From an uncultured Bacilli bacterium (lineage in GTDB: Bacteria > Bacillota_I > Bacilli_A > RF39 > UBA660), in contig CANQTA010000001.1 in assembly GCA_947626655.1 (NCBI GenBank), positions 22,750 through 86,749 of the forward strand: a stretch of DNA of 64,000 nucleotides, in the 5' to 3' direction. Shown here piece by piece: positions 10,231-20,467 of this stretch; positions within the stretch are counted from its first letter, which is position 1; each line of letters opens with the position of its first letter. A program made the position numbers and the translations under genes. Under the pieces are notes generated by a model that saw nothing but the letters and a program-made list of their open reading frames with translations, did no database searches and had not been told where the DNA came from.

Positions 10231-11082
10231 ATGTCAAAGTGGGATAAAAAATATATTGAATTATGTGAAGAAATATTAGAAAAAGGAGTTAGAGTTCATA
10301 ATCGTACAGGTGTTGATACAATAAAAATTCCTTTTAAATCATTTGAATTTGATTTAGAAGAGGAATTTCCAATTTTAACAACTAAATTTGTGGCTTTTAA
10401 ATCAGCAGTTTTAGAATTATTATGGTTTTATCAAGCTAAATCAAATGATGTTAGATGGTTACAAGAAAGAGGAGTTAAAATATGGAATGAATGGGAGATA
10501 GATGAGGAGGGAATTTATCAAGATCGAAAGTTTCCTAAAGAGTGGGCTCATACAATTGGGACTGCTTATGGTTATATAGTAAATAAATTTAATTTAACTG
10601 ATAATTTAATTGATAAAATTAAAAATAATCCAACTGATAGAAGGATGATAATGAGTTTATGGCAAAATGATTATTTAGATACAGCAGTATTGCCATCTTG
10701 TGTTTGGAATTCAATGTGGGATGTTACTGATGGCAAATTAAATGCTATTGTGTCTTGCCGGAGTAATGATGTTCCTTTGGGAATGCCTTTTAATGTTACC
10801 CAATATGCAGTTTTAGTTCATCTTCTTGCCCATGTAACAGGCTTAAAGCCAGGAAAATTATATTATAATGCTAAAGATTTACATATTTATGTTAATCAAG
10901 TTGATGGAATTAAAGAACAAATTCAAAGATATCATGAATTAGGAGATTTTCCGGCTCCTAAATTATGGCTTAATCCTGAAGTTACGGACTTCTTTAAATT
11001 TGATAATTCAAAAGATTTAAAAGATATTAAATTAGAAAACTATCAACACCATGGTAAAATCAAAATGCCGGTGGCAGTATGA
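10231..11082 (+). CDS. thyA: thymidylate synthase ThyA
   Basis: Active-site Cys region LPSCVWNSMW and the conserved R..D..H motifs, 283 aa. Confidence 0.85.
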   Translation: MSKWDKKYIELCEEILEKGVRVHNRTGVDTIKIPFKSFEFDLEEEFPILTTKFVAFKSAVLELLWFYQAKSNDVRWLQERGVKIWNEWEIDEEGIYQDRKFPKEWAHTIGTAYGYIVNKFNLTDNLIDKIKNNPTDRRMIMSLWQNDYLDTAVLPSCVWNSMWDVTDGKLNAIVSCRSNDVPLGMPFNVTQYAVLVHLLAHVTGLKPGKLYYNAKDLHIYVNQVDGIKEQIQRYHELGDFPAPKLWLNPEVTDFFKFDNSKDLKDIKLENYQHHGKIKMPVAV

Positions 11083-11561
11083 TTTCTTTAATCGCTGCCA
11101 TTGGGAAAAATGGAGAATTAGGTAAGGATAATGATTTAGTTTGGCATCTTAAAGATGATATGGTATATTTTAGAAAAACTACTTTAAATCATAAAGTTAT
11201 ACTTGGTTATAATACTTATAAATCTATAGGTAAAGCTTTACCGCAAAGAAAAAATATTGTTTTGAGTCATCATAAAATAAATGATGAAAATATTACAGTT
11301 TACAATGATATAAAAGAATTAGAAGCTAAAGAATTAAATACCGAAGAGGAGTGTTTTATAATTGGTGGTGCTTCTTTGTATAATTATTTTATTAATAAAG
11401 CTGATAAATTATATTTAACTTTAATTGAAGATAGTTGTCCTTTGGCAACAGTATATTTTCCAAAGATTTTAAATGAGGATTATAATAAGGAAATTATTGA
11501 AAACAAAGAAGAAAACGGAATAAAATATGATTTTGTTATATTTGAAAGGATTAAAAAATGA
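11079..11561 (+). CDS. folA: dihydrofolate reductase
   Basis: MISLIAAIGKNGELGKDNDLVWHLKDDMVYFRKTT..IGGASLY is the DHFR signature, 160 aa. Its start is translationally coupled to thyA. Confidence 0.85.
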   Translation: MISLIAAIGKNGELGKDNDLVWHLKDDMVYFRKTTLNHKVILGYNTYKSIGKALPQRKNIVLSHHKINDENITVYNDIKELEAKELNTEEECFIIGGASLYNYFINKADKLYLTLIEDSCPLATVYFPKILNEDYNKEIIENKEENGIKYDFVIFERIKK

Positions 11562-12247
11562 GTAGAATTATTTTAAAAATAAGTGGAGAGGCTTTAAAAG
11601 GAACTGATGATGTAGTTGATAAGAAAAAATTAGATATAGTTTTAAAAACTATTACTATGTTACAAAAAAACCATGAAATAGGTATTGTTATTGGTGGAGG
11701 TAATATCTTTAGAGGTAGAGAACATAGTGATATGGATAAAGTAACTGGTGACACTATTGGGATGCTAGGAACGGTTATGAATGCTTTATATTTAAAAGAT
11801 TATTTAGAAAAAAATAATATAGAATGCCTAGTCTCAACACCTTTTTCTTTTCCTAATTTAATACCTAATTATGAGGATACAGAATTAAAAGAAAGTTATG
11901 ATAAAAAAAAGATTATATTATTTGGTGGTGGCATTGGAAAAAGCGGTTATTCTACTGATTCAGGTACTGTTTTAGCGGCTTCTAAAGTTGATGCTAATTT
12001 AATAATCAAAATGACTAATGTGGATGGAGTTTATAATGATGATCCTAAAATTAATAAAAATGCTACTAAATTTGATTATTTAAGTTATGAAGATGTTATT
12101 AAAAATGAATATAAAGTAATGGATTCTTATGCTTTTAAAGAATGTATGAAAAGAAAAATTAAAATATTAGTTTTAAATTTTAATGATTATGAAAAAATTA
12201 ATGATTATTTTAAAGGTATTAGAGTAGGTACTATAGTAGGTGATTAG
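11558..12247 (+). CDS. pyrH: UMP kinase family (amino-acid-kinase fold) protein, PyrH-like
   Basis: ILKISGEALKG..GIVIGGGNIFRG and the C-terminal VDGVYNDDPKINKNA match UMP kinase motifs. Its location is unusual: it sits between folA and tmk rather than after tsf. Confidence 0.65.
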   Translation: MSRIILKISGEALKGTDDVVDKKKLDIVLKTITMLQKNHEIGIVIGGGNIFRGREHSDMDKVTGDTIGMLGTVMNALYLKDYLEKNNIECLVSTPFSFPNLIPNYEDTELKESYDKKKIILFGGGIGKSGYSTDSGTVLAASKVDANLIIKMTNVDGVYNDDPKINKNATKFDYLSYEDVIKNEYKVMDSYAFKECMKRKIKILVLNFNDYEKINDYFKGIRVGTIVGD

Positions 12248-12917
12248 AATGGGAAAAATAATTGTAATTGAAGGTACTGATTGTTCTGGTAAAGCCACTC
12301 AAAGTGAATTATTAAAACAACAATTAGAAAGTATGGATAAAAAAGTTATAAAATTATCTTTTCCAATGTATGAAACACCAACAGGCAAAATAATTGGTGG
12401 ACCGTATTTAGGAAAAGCTCATATTTGCGAGGGTTGGTTTAAAGAAGGTGCCAATAATGTTCCAGCTAAAGTAGCTAGTTTATATTATGCCGCTGATAGA
12501 TTATATAACATTGATAAAGTAAAAGATTATCTAAAACAAGATTATATCGTTATTTTAGATAGGTATGTAACTTCTAATATGGGTCATCAAGCCGGAAAAA
12601 TTAAAGATAAAGAAGAAAGACTAAAAATGTTTAAGTGGCTTGAAACTCTAGAATATGATTTATTAGATTTACCACGTCCTGATATTAAAATTTTTTTACA
12701 CATGCCTTATGTTTTTTCTAAGGCACTTCAAAAAAATAGAGAAGAATTAGATCAACATGAATTATCGGAAGATAATTTAAAAAATGCCGAAAATGCTTAT
12801 TTAGAAATGGCTGATTTATATAATTTTATTACTATAAAATGCGTTAATAACGATAATATTAAAAGTATCGAAGACATAAGTGAAGAATTATGGAATAGAG
12901 TGAAAAATTTAATTTAA
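12240..12917 (+). CDS. tmk: thymidylate kinase
   Basis: P-loop IVIEGTDCSGKATQ and the DRY motif (LDRYVTS), 225 aa. Confidence 0.85.
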   Translation: MIRMGKIIVIEGTDCSGKATQSELLKQQLESMDKKVIKLSFPMYETPTGKIIGGPYLGKAHICEGWFKEGANNVPAKVASLYYAADRLYNIDKVKDYLKQDYIVILDRYVTSNMGHQAGKIKDKEERLKMFKWLETLEYDLLDLPRPDIKIFLHMPYVFSKALQKNREELDQHELSEDNLKNAENAYLEMADLYNFITIKCVNNDNIKSIEDISEELWNRVKNLI

Positions 12918-12956
12918 TTAAGATGGACTTTTAGCCCATTTTTTTTTATAATACTT

Positions 12957-13994
12957 ATGGATGTGATTATTATGAATATCGAAGATTATAATTATGAATT
13001 ACCGCAAAATTTTATTGCCCAAAGTCCTTTAAAAAATCGCAGTGATTCTAAATTAATGATTTTAAATAAAATTACTGGTGAAATAGAACATACCCAATTT
13101 TGGAATATTAAAAATTATTTAAAAAAAGGCGATGTGTTAGTTTTAAATGACACCAAAGTTTTACCAGCTAGATTAATGGGCGAAAAATTAGATACCCAAG
13201 CTAAAATTGAGATTCTTTTATTAAAAAATATTGAAGATGATATCTGGGAATGCTTAGGAAAACCAGGGAAAAGATTACATTTAGGTACTAAAATTAAATT
13301 TAATGATGAGCTTATAGGAGAAGTAATAGAAAAATTAGCTGATGGCATTATTAAAGTGCAATTTCATTATCATGGTATTTTTTTAGAAATTATAGAAAGA
13401 ATTGGTTTAATGCCTCTTCCTCCTTATATTCATGAATCTTTAAAAGATAATAATCGTTATCAAACAGTATATGCTAAATATTTAGGAAGTGCTGCTGCTC
13501 CAACGGCTGGTTTACACTTTACTAAAGAATTACTAGAAGAATTAAAAGATATGGGAGTAATAATCTGTTATGTCACTTTACATGTTGGTTTAGGAACTTT
13601 TAGACCTGTTGAAGTAGAAAATATTAAAGAACATCATATGCATACAGAATATTATGAAATGAAACAAGAGGTTGCGGATATTTTAAATAAAGCTAAAAAT
13701 GAAAATAGAAATATATATGCGGTAGGAACTACTAGTACTAGAGTTTTGGAAACTGTTATGAATAAATATCATGAATTTAGATCTTGTTCTGGCAATACAG
13801 ATATTTTTATCTATCCTGGTTATCAATTTTTAGCCATTGATGGTTTAATTACTAATTTTCATTTACCAAAAAGTACACTTTTAATGTTAGTTAGTGCTTT
13901 ATCTAAAAGAGAATATATTTTAAATGCTTATGAAATAGCTAAACAAAATAATTATCGTTTCTTTTCTTTTGGTGATGCAATGTTTATTAAATAA
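12957..13994 (+). CDS. queA: S-adenosylmethionine:tRNA ribosyltransferase-isomerase QueA
   Basis: EDYNYELPQNFIAQSP.., LPPYI and TAGLHFT are the QueA signature motifs, 345 aa. Confidence 0.85.
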   Translation: MDVIIMNIEDYNYELPQNFIAQSPLKNRSDSKLMILNKITGEIEHTQFWNIKNYLKKGDVLVLNDTKVLPARLMGEKLDTQAKIEILLLKNIEDDIWECLGKPGKRLHLGTKIKFNDELIGEVIEKLADGIIKVQFHYHGIFLEIIERIGLMPLPPYIHESLKDNNRYQTVYAKYLGSAAAPTAGLHFTKELLEELKDMGVIICYVTLHVGLGTFRPVEVENIKEHHMHTEYYEMKQEVADILNKAKNENRNIYAVGTTSTRVLETVMNKYHEFRSCSGNTDIFIYPGYQFLAIDGLITNFHLPKSTLLMLVSALSKREYILNAYEIAKQNNYRFFSFGDAMFIK

Positions 13995-14188
13995 ATCTTG
14001 TAAATTAAATTTTTATATGTTTCCCTAACGGACCACAACATTAAAAATTTTGTCTGACGATTTTTGCTTTAAATTATAATAATTTATGATTAAATAAAGT
14101 CTTGAAGCGCGAGGTTAACGCCACCTACCCAAATTCAGTGGGGTTTTGGTTGAAATACTAAAAACTTAATGAAGGGGTGATGGTAAAA

Positions 14189-14395
14189 TGAGTGCTAAGA
14201 CAATGAATTTTGTATTATCATTTATTATTTTGTTATTAATATTTCTTATATTTATACTAATAATAAAAGACGTTCACGGTCAACCATGATTACTTGTATA
14301 ATGCGTATGCGGTACGCCCAGTCTTCTATCTTCAATCTACAGCAACAATAACGGGAGGAGAAGGGAAATTAGGAAATCCATATATCATAAATTAG
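14189..14395 (+). pseudogene. decayed remnant of the surface-protein family: N-terminal signal anchor joined out of frame to a C-terminal ~45-aa module
   Basis: RBS gaaggggtgatgg then an ATG giving MSAKTMNFVLSFIILLLIFLIFILIIKDVHGQP*. One nucleotide out of frame, the read continues as KTFTVNHDYLYNAYAVRPVFYLQSTATITGGEGKLGNPYIIN*. This matches the family C-terminus VYPVFYLQSNVTIRGGDGSITDPMIV. The segment is richer in GC than its surroundings. Confidence 0.55.
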
Positions 14396-14686
14396 TAGAT
14401 ATAAATCGCCCAGGGCAGCAATAAAATAAGTTCGGTTCGAAGAGCACTAACCATTACCTTTGATGGTGTGGTGGGATGGGCCACAGAAAAATATTTGATA
14501 AAGTACAATCCCCAATATAAATATTATTTAGTATATACAATCATCAACGAAGACGTTAAAATAGCCATTCATTTCACGGAAATAGATAATTATTCATTTA
14601 TTTCTTTTTACTTGCAAACAAAAGTTTAAAAAACAAGTTGCATAAAAAAGTATTGTATGATAATATATACGTTAGGTGGTATTTCT

Positions 14687-17600
14687 ATGAAGCATTTATT
14701 AAATAATCCAACAATAACATCAATTATAAACCCTAGAGATATTATAAAAGGAAATCTATATAATCCGCAATTTATTTCATATTTAGAAACAGAAGATTAT
14801 GGCTTTCAAGAAAGTTCTTTTTTAGTTAAAAGTGAACATTCCAATACTAGATATAAAGTAGAGATTGATGTAGATGAAAATAATAATGAACTTGTTGCTT
14901 GCTTTTGTACTTGTCCGATATTTAGAGAAACAAATAGTTGTAAACATATTGGAGCAGTTTTAGCAAATTATTATGATATCTTATTTAACATTACAAACGT
15001 TAATGAAATATCCGAAACTTTATTAAATAAATTTTATAGTGAGAGTATAAATAAAGTTCGTAAAGAAGTTAATATCCTTTTTGAAATAACTACATATGAT
15101 AATTATAGATATTATTATCAAGATACGTTTGATGTTAGAATTTCTATAGGGTTAGATAAAATGTATAATTTAAATAATAAATTAAACCGTTTTTTAGAAT
15201 ATTATGAAGGTGAAAATGGTACTTTTAAATTTGGAAAAAATTTTGAATATGATTCCAGTATCCATTATATAGCGAAAGAAAACATTAAAGCCTTAGAAGC
15301 ATATCATCAAATGTCAGATACTTATCATTATGATAGATTTAAAAGAGTTAAAGAGTTTTTAAAAACATTAAAAAATATAAAATTTATTATAAATAATTAT
15401 GTTTGTAATGGTATAAAAGAAGGATTTCCTCTTAATTCCTTTTTAACTAAAAACGAAAATGAATATCAAGTTAAATTTGATTTAGATAATTTAAAAATGT
15501 TAATTAATGATGATTATGAATATGTATTATATCAAAATTCTTTATATCATTTGAATAAACAAGAGCGAGTCTTATTAAAAGATATTGTTGATAATAATTT
15601 AGAAGAATTAAAAATTAAAAAAGATAATTTTAATAAATTTACAAAAGGATTATTTAATATTTTAAAAAATAATATTGAGATAGATGGTAATATTGATAAT
15701 ATAGTAATTCCCAAAAGTATTGCGACAGAAATCTATTTTGATTTAAGAGAAAATATGATTAAAGCACAACCAAAGTTTAAATATGATGAAGAAGAAGTAG
15801 AATATTTTGATAATAATTCACTAGTTTTAAGAGATATGTCTTATGAAAATGAAGTAATAAATGATTTATTAAAGTATGGTTTTATTTTAGAAAATAAAGA
15901 AATTACTTTAAGTGATTTAGAAAAACAAGTAGAATTTATTGAAGATGGTTTAGAAGAATTAGCCAGTAAGTATGTTATTTTTACGACGGAAAAATTTAAA
16001 AATACCAATATTCGTAAGAAAACCAATATTAGTTCAATGTTTGGAATTGGTCAAGATAATATCTTAAGTTATAATTTTGATTTAGGGGATATTAATAGTG
16101 AAGAATTAGTTAATATTTTTAAAGAAATTAAAAATAAAAAGAAATATTATCGTTTAAAAAATGGGGATATATTAAATTTAGAAGATGAATCTTTACAAGA
16201 GTTAGAAAATTTAGTGGAAGATTTAGAATTTAGTGACGAAGATATTATTAATGGTAAAGGAAATATTTTAAAATATCGAGCAATATATTTAGATAGTTTA
16301 AAATCTAGTAAATATAATATTATTAAAACTGATAATTTATTTGATAATTTTATTAGTAATTTTTATGCTTATAAGAATAGTGAACTTACTTTAACTAAGA
16401 AAGATTTAAGTAAATTGAGAGATTATCAAATAACAGGAGTAAAATGGTTATATAATTTAGCGAAAACTGGTTTTGGGGGTATTTTAGCTGACGAAATGGG
16501 TTTAGGAAAAACTATTCAAGTAATTTTTTATCTGAAACAGATATTAAAAGAAAATAAGGATGCCAAATTTTTAGTAGTTGTTCCTACTAGTTTAGCTTAT
16601 AATTGGGAACATGAATTTGAATTACATAGTAATGATATTAAAAGAGTAATTTGTACAGGAATAAAAAGTAAAAGAGAAGAAATATTAAGTAATTTAGATA
16701 ATGTTAATGTAATAGTTACAACCTATGGTTTATTAAGAGAAGATGAAGATTTATATTTAGATAAACATTTTCATACGATAATTATTGACGAAGCCCAAAA
16801 TATTAAGAATAATTTAGCGGGAATAACCAAAGTAGTAAAGAAAATAAATGCTGATACTAAATTTGCTTTAACAGGAACTCCTTTAGAAAATTCGATTTTG
16901 GAATTATGGAGTATTTTTGATTTCATTATGCCGGGATATTTAGCAAAATTAACAAAATTTCAAAGTAAATATCGGATAAAAGATTTTGATGAAGATAGTG
17001 AAAAATTAATTAAAGGTTTAAATAGACAAATAAATCCATTTATATTAAGAAGAAAAAAGACAGATGTTACTAAAGAATTACCAGATAAATTAATAAATGA
17101 TATTTATATAGAATTAGCTCCAGAACAAAAGAAATTATACGTTGCGGAGTTAGAAAAGGTTAAAGAAGAAATTGATAATCTTATGCAAACTGAGGGGATG
17201 ACTAAGGTAAGATTTTTAATTCTAACCCTTCTTACTAAATTAAGACAATTATGTATTGACCCAAGTATTCTTTATGAAGATTATAATGGTGGTTCTAATA
17301 AAATAGATACTCTTGTTAATATAGTAAATGAATATACGAAAAATAATCATAAAATATTAATATTTTCTTCTTTTAAAACCGCTCTAAATATTGTTAAAAA
17401 GACTTTAATGGATAATAAAATAAATAGTTATATGATTGATGGTTCTGTTAGTTCCCTAAAGAGAATGGAAATGGTTGATGATTTTAATAATAAAGAAGAT
17501 GTTAAAGTATTTCTTATTATGTTAAAATCTGGAGGTACTGGTTTAAATTTAACTAGTGCCGATGTTGTAATTCACCTAGATTTATGGTGGAATCCTCAAG

Positions 17601-17830
17601 CAGAAAATCAAGCAACAGATAGAGCGCATCGTATTGGTCAAACTAAAAATGTTGAGGTAATTCATTTAGTTACTAAAGGAACTATTGAAGAAAAAATATT
17701 AGATTTGCAAAATAAAAAAAGAATATTAAGTGATAAGATAATTGATGGCGAAGTTAGAGATAAAAATATTATTAGTGATTTAACTAAAGAAGATATTAAA
17801 AACCTTTTAGCTTTTGAAAATAAAAACTAA
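14687..17830 (+). CDS. SNF2-family helicase with N-terminal SWIM zinc finger (YwqA-like)
   Basis: SWIM motif CFCTCPIFRETNSCKHIGAV. SNF2_N motifs ILADEMGLGKT and DEAQNIKN, helicase-C motifs and QATDRAHRIGQ. The RBS taggtgg places the start at 14687. Confidence 0.85.
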   Translation: MKHLLNNPTITSIINPRDIIKGNLYNPQFISYLETEDYGFQESSFLVKSEHSNTRYKVEIDVDENNNELVACFCTCPIFRETNSCKHIGAVLANYYDILFNITNVNEISETLLNKFYSESINKVRKEVNILFEITTYDNYRYYYQDTFDVRISIGLDKMYNLNNKLNRFLEYYEGENGTFKFGKNFEYDSSIHYIAKENIKALEAYHQMSDTYHYDRFKRVKEFLKTLKNIKFIINNYVCNGIKEGFPLNSFLTKNENEYQVKFDLDNLKMLINDDYEYVLYQNSLYHLNKQERVLLKDIVDNNLEELKIKKDNFNKFTKGLFNILKNNIEIDGNIDNIVIPKSIATEIYFDLRENMIKAQPKFKYDEEEVEYFDNNSLVLRDMSYENEVINDLLKYGFILENKEITLSDLEKQVEFIEDGLEELASKYVIFTTEKFKNTNIRKKTNISSMFGIGQDNILSYNFDLGDINSEELVNIFKEIKNKKKYYRLKNGDILNLEDESLQELENLVEDLEFSDEDIINGKGNILKYRAIYLDSLKSSKYNIIKTDNLFDNFISNFYAYKNSELTLTKKDLSKLRDYQITGVKWLYNLAKTGFGGILADEMGLGKTIQVIFYLKQILKENKDAKFLVVVPTSLAYNWEHEFELHSNDIKRVICTGIKSKREEILSNLDNVNVIVTTYGLLREDEDLYLDKHFHTIIIDEAQNIKNNLAGITKVVKKINADTKFALTGTPLENSILELWSIFDFIMPGYLAKLTKFQSKYRIKDFDEDSEKLIKGLNRQINPFILRRKKTDVTKELPDKLINDIYIELAPEQKKLYVAELEKVKEEIDNLMQTEGMTKVRFLILTLLTKLRQLCIDPSILYEDYNGGSNKIDTLVNIVNEYTKNNHKILIFSSFKTALNIVKKTLMDNKINSYMIDGSVSSLKRMEMVDDFNNKEDVKVFLIMLKSGGTGLNLTSADVVIHLDLWWNPQAENQATDRAHRIGQTKNVEVIHLVTKGTIEEKILDLQNKKRILSDKIIDGEVRDKNIISDLTKEDIKNLLAFENKN

Positions 17831-17877
17831 TAAAATATCATGAATTATGGTATAATTAGAAGGAATGGAAGATTTTT

Positions 17878-19008
17878 ATGAAATTAGAATATACTTTAAA
17901 ACAAAAATCAACGAAAAATATGGCTCGTTTAGGAGAATTTACTTATAATGGTAAAGTTTATGAAACCCCTATGTTTATGCCCGTAGGAACTAATGCCACA
18001 GTTAAAACTCTTTCCCCTGAGGAATTAAAAGAAATCGGTTGTGGTATTATTTTAGCCAATACTTATCATTTATGGTTAAGACCCGGAGAAGATATTGTCC
18101 AAAAAGCTGGTGGTCTTCATAAATTTATGAATTACGATGGACCAATTTTAACTGATAGTGGTGGTTATCAAGTTTTTAGTTTAGCTAAACCAAAAGATAT
18201 AACCGAAGAAGGGGTTCACTTTAAAAATTATGAAAATGGCGATAAATTATTTTTAACACCAGAAAAATCTATTCAAATTCAAATGGCTTTAGGTAGCGAT
18301 TTAGTAATGAGTTTTGATGAGTGTGTAAAATGGCCAGCTGAAAGAAAATATGTTGAAGAAAGTGTTGAAAGAACTTTGCGATGGGCAAAAAGAGGTAAAG
18401 ATGTTTTTAATAATCGTGATGAGCAAATGCTTTTTGGAATAGTCCAAGGGGGCGAATATGAAGATTTAAGAAAGCATTGTGCAGAAGAATTAGTCAAAAT
18501 GGATTTTGATGGCTATTCAGTAGGAGGAACATCAGTTGGTGAAGACAAAAAAACGATGTATAAAATGGTTAGTTATGCCACTAAATATTTACCGGAAAAT
18601 AAATTACGTTATTTAATGGGAGTTGGCGATCCGATTGATTTAATTGAAAATGTAATGCGAGGTATCGATTTATTCGATTGTGTTTCACCTACTAGATTAG
18701 CTAGACATGGTCATGCCTATACCAAACATGGTAAAATTAATTTAAAAAATAGTAAATATAAAGAAGATTTTAGTAAAATAGATGAAAATTGTCATTGTTA
18801 TGCTTGTCAAAATTATACTAAAGCTTATATTAAACACCTTCTTAGTTGTGAAGAAACTTTTGGAGCAAGGCTTTTATCAATTCATAATATTAGTTTTTTA
18901 GTTAATCTAATGGCTGAAATTAGAAAAAATATTAAAACTGATACTTTAGAAGAATTTCGTGATCAATTTATTTTAGATTATTATGGAGAAGGTTATGAAT
19001 ACAAATAA
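17878..19008 (+). CDS. tgt: queuine tRNA-ribosyltransferase
   Basis: FMPVGT, ILANTYHL, LTDSGGYQV, zinc-site CxCxxC (CHCYAC) and .H, 376 aa. Confidence 0.9.
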   Translation: MKLEYTLKQKSTKNMARLGEFTYNGKVYETPMFMPVGTNATVKTLSPEELKEIGCGIILANTYHLWLRPGEDIVQKAGGLHKFMNYDGPILTDSGGYQVFSLAKPKDITEEGVHFKNYENGDKLFLTPEKSIQIQMALGSDLVMSFDECVKWPAERKYVEESVERTLRWAKRGKDVFNNRDEQMLFGIVQGGEYEDLRKHCAEELVKMDFDGYSVGGTSVGEDKKTMYKMVSYATKYLPENKLRYLMGVGDPIDLIENVMRGIDLFDCVSPTRLARHGHAYTKHGKINLKNSKYKEDFSKIDENCHCYACQNYTKAYIKHLLSCEETFGARLLSIHNISFLVNLMAEIRKNIKTDTLEEFRDQFILDYYGEGYEYK

Positions 19009-19306
19009 AGTAGTTATTTTGGGTAGTATTATAACCATTATCTTACTTATTAGTATTCCAACCGTATATAAAGTTATTAAAAATCATAATGACCATTTAT
19101 ATAAAGCCACTTATGATAAAATTTTAAATAGTGCTAAAAATTGTTTTTATGATCAAAATTGTCCTGAAGAAATTATAACTTTAAAAACTCTTTATGAAAA
19201 AAATTATTTAAAACCGGTAAGTAATCCGATTACTAAAGAATACTATAATGAAAATTCTTATGTTAAAAGAGTAAATACTACTTTTCAATTTTATGAAGTA
19301 GAGTAG
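18983..19306 (+). CDS. hypothetical small membrane-anchored protein (107 aa)
   Basis: N-terminal TM helix VVILGSIITIILLISIP. Its start overlaps the end of tgt. No recognisable domain. Confidence 0.35.
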   Translation: MEKVMNTNKVVILGSIITIILLISIPTVYKVIKNHNDHLYKATYDKILNSAKNCFYDQNCPEEIITLKTLYEKNYLKPVSNPITKEYYNENSYVKRVNTTFQFYEVE

Positions 19307-19678
19307 TTATTTACTTTTTTTGTTAACTCCAACCATTCCACCCAAAATACTAGCAATAACTAAAATAATATAATAAATAAAAGTAGAAATATGAATTCCG
19401 TTATTAAAAAGAGCAACTTTAATCAAAATCATAAGAACAATAAAAATAAGCCCTAAAGTTAAACCTTCAATTAACCCTTTTTTATGCATTTTAAAAGCAT
19501 TAATATAACTAAGAGTAAAGAATAAAGCCAAATTAATTATCAATAGAATAATAGTCGTTATACCACTATTTAAACCGAGTAAATTTAAAAGAGAAGTTAT
19601 AAAAGTTACTAAAAGTTCAATAATTAGAAAAACTCCCACATACTTAAAATAATATATTAATTTATTCAAAAAAATCAC
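19307..19678 (-). CDS. hypothetical polytopic membrane protein (123 aa)
   Basis: Four predicted TM segments. No recognisable domain. Confidence 0.4.
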   Translation of the reverse strand: MIFLNKLIYYFKYVGVFLIIELLVTFITSLLNLLGLNSGITTIILLIINLALFFTLSYINAFKMHKKGLIEGLTLGLIFIVLMILIKVALFNNGIHISTFIYYIILVIASILGGMVGVNKKSK

Positions 19679-19743
19679 CTAGTAAATTATAATATTGTGT
19701 TTAAAAAATTATGAATATAACCATAATATATTTAGGTGATTAT

Positions 19744-20391
19744 ATGGAATTAATGCATGTTATTTTTAGAACTACTTTTTTTTATTTTTTTGTGATGATA
19801 TGCTTTCGGTTAATGGGAAAAAGAGAAATTGGTCAACTAGGAGTTATTGATTTAATTGTTTCAATATTAATTGCTGAATTAATTGCTATTTCGATTGAAA
19901 ATATTGAAGATAGTATTTTCTTAACTATTATGCCAATTGCCCTTTTAGTAGTTTTAGAAATAGGGTTAGCATATTTTTCTATTAAATCGCGTAAATTTCG
20001 AACTTTTATTGATGGTAAACCATCTTTAATTATTTGTAATGGGAAAATAAATTATAACGAAATGGTCAAACAAAGATATAGTATGGATAACTTACTTTTA
20101 AGTTTAAGACAAAAAGAAATTAAAAATATTGATGATATTGAATATGCTTTTTTAGAACCTAATGGTAAATTATCAATCTTCAAATATAATTTTTTAAAGA
20201 TACCATCTGCCTATCCAATGCCACTTATTTTAGATGGAAGCGTTCAAAAAAAGGCTTTAAAATATGTGAAGAAAAATGAAACTTGGTTAAAAAATATCTT
20301 GAATAAAGAGGAATTAGAAATTAAAGATATCTTTTATTGTTTTTATAAAAAGAAAAAGCTCTATATCATAAAAAGAAATGATTTGAAATAA
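19744..20391 (+). CDS. DUF421/YetF-family membrane protein
   Basis: RLMGKREIGQLGVIDLIVSILIAELIA is the YetF N-terminal signature. The aggtga RBS supports a start at 19744. Confidence 0.55.
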   Translation: MELMHVIFRTTFFYFFVMICFRLMGKREIGQLGVIDLIVSILIAELIAISIENIEDSIFLTIMPIALLVVLEIGLAYFSIKSRKFRTFIDGKPSLIICNGKINYNEMVKQRYSMDNLLLSLRQKEIKNIDDIEYAFLEPNGKLSIFKYNFLKIPSAYPMPLILDGSVQKKALKYVKKNETWLKNILNKEELEIKDIFYCFYKKKKLYIIKRNDLK

Positions 20392-20467
20392 AAATCATTT
20401 TTTTGTTGACATTTTAGTGTTAAGTTAAGTATAATTATATTGTAAATAGTAGAAGGTAGGATTTGTC

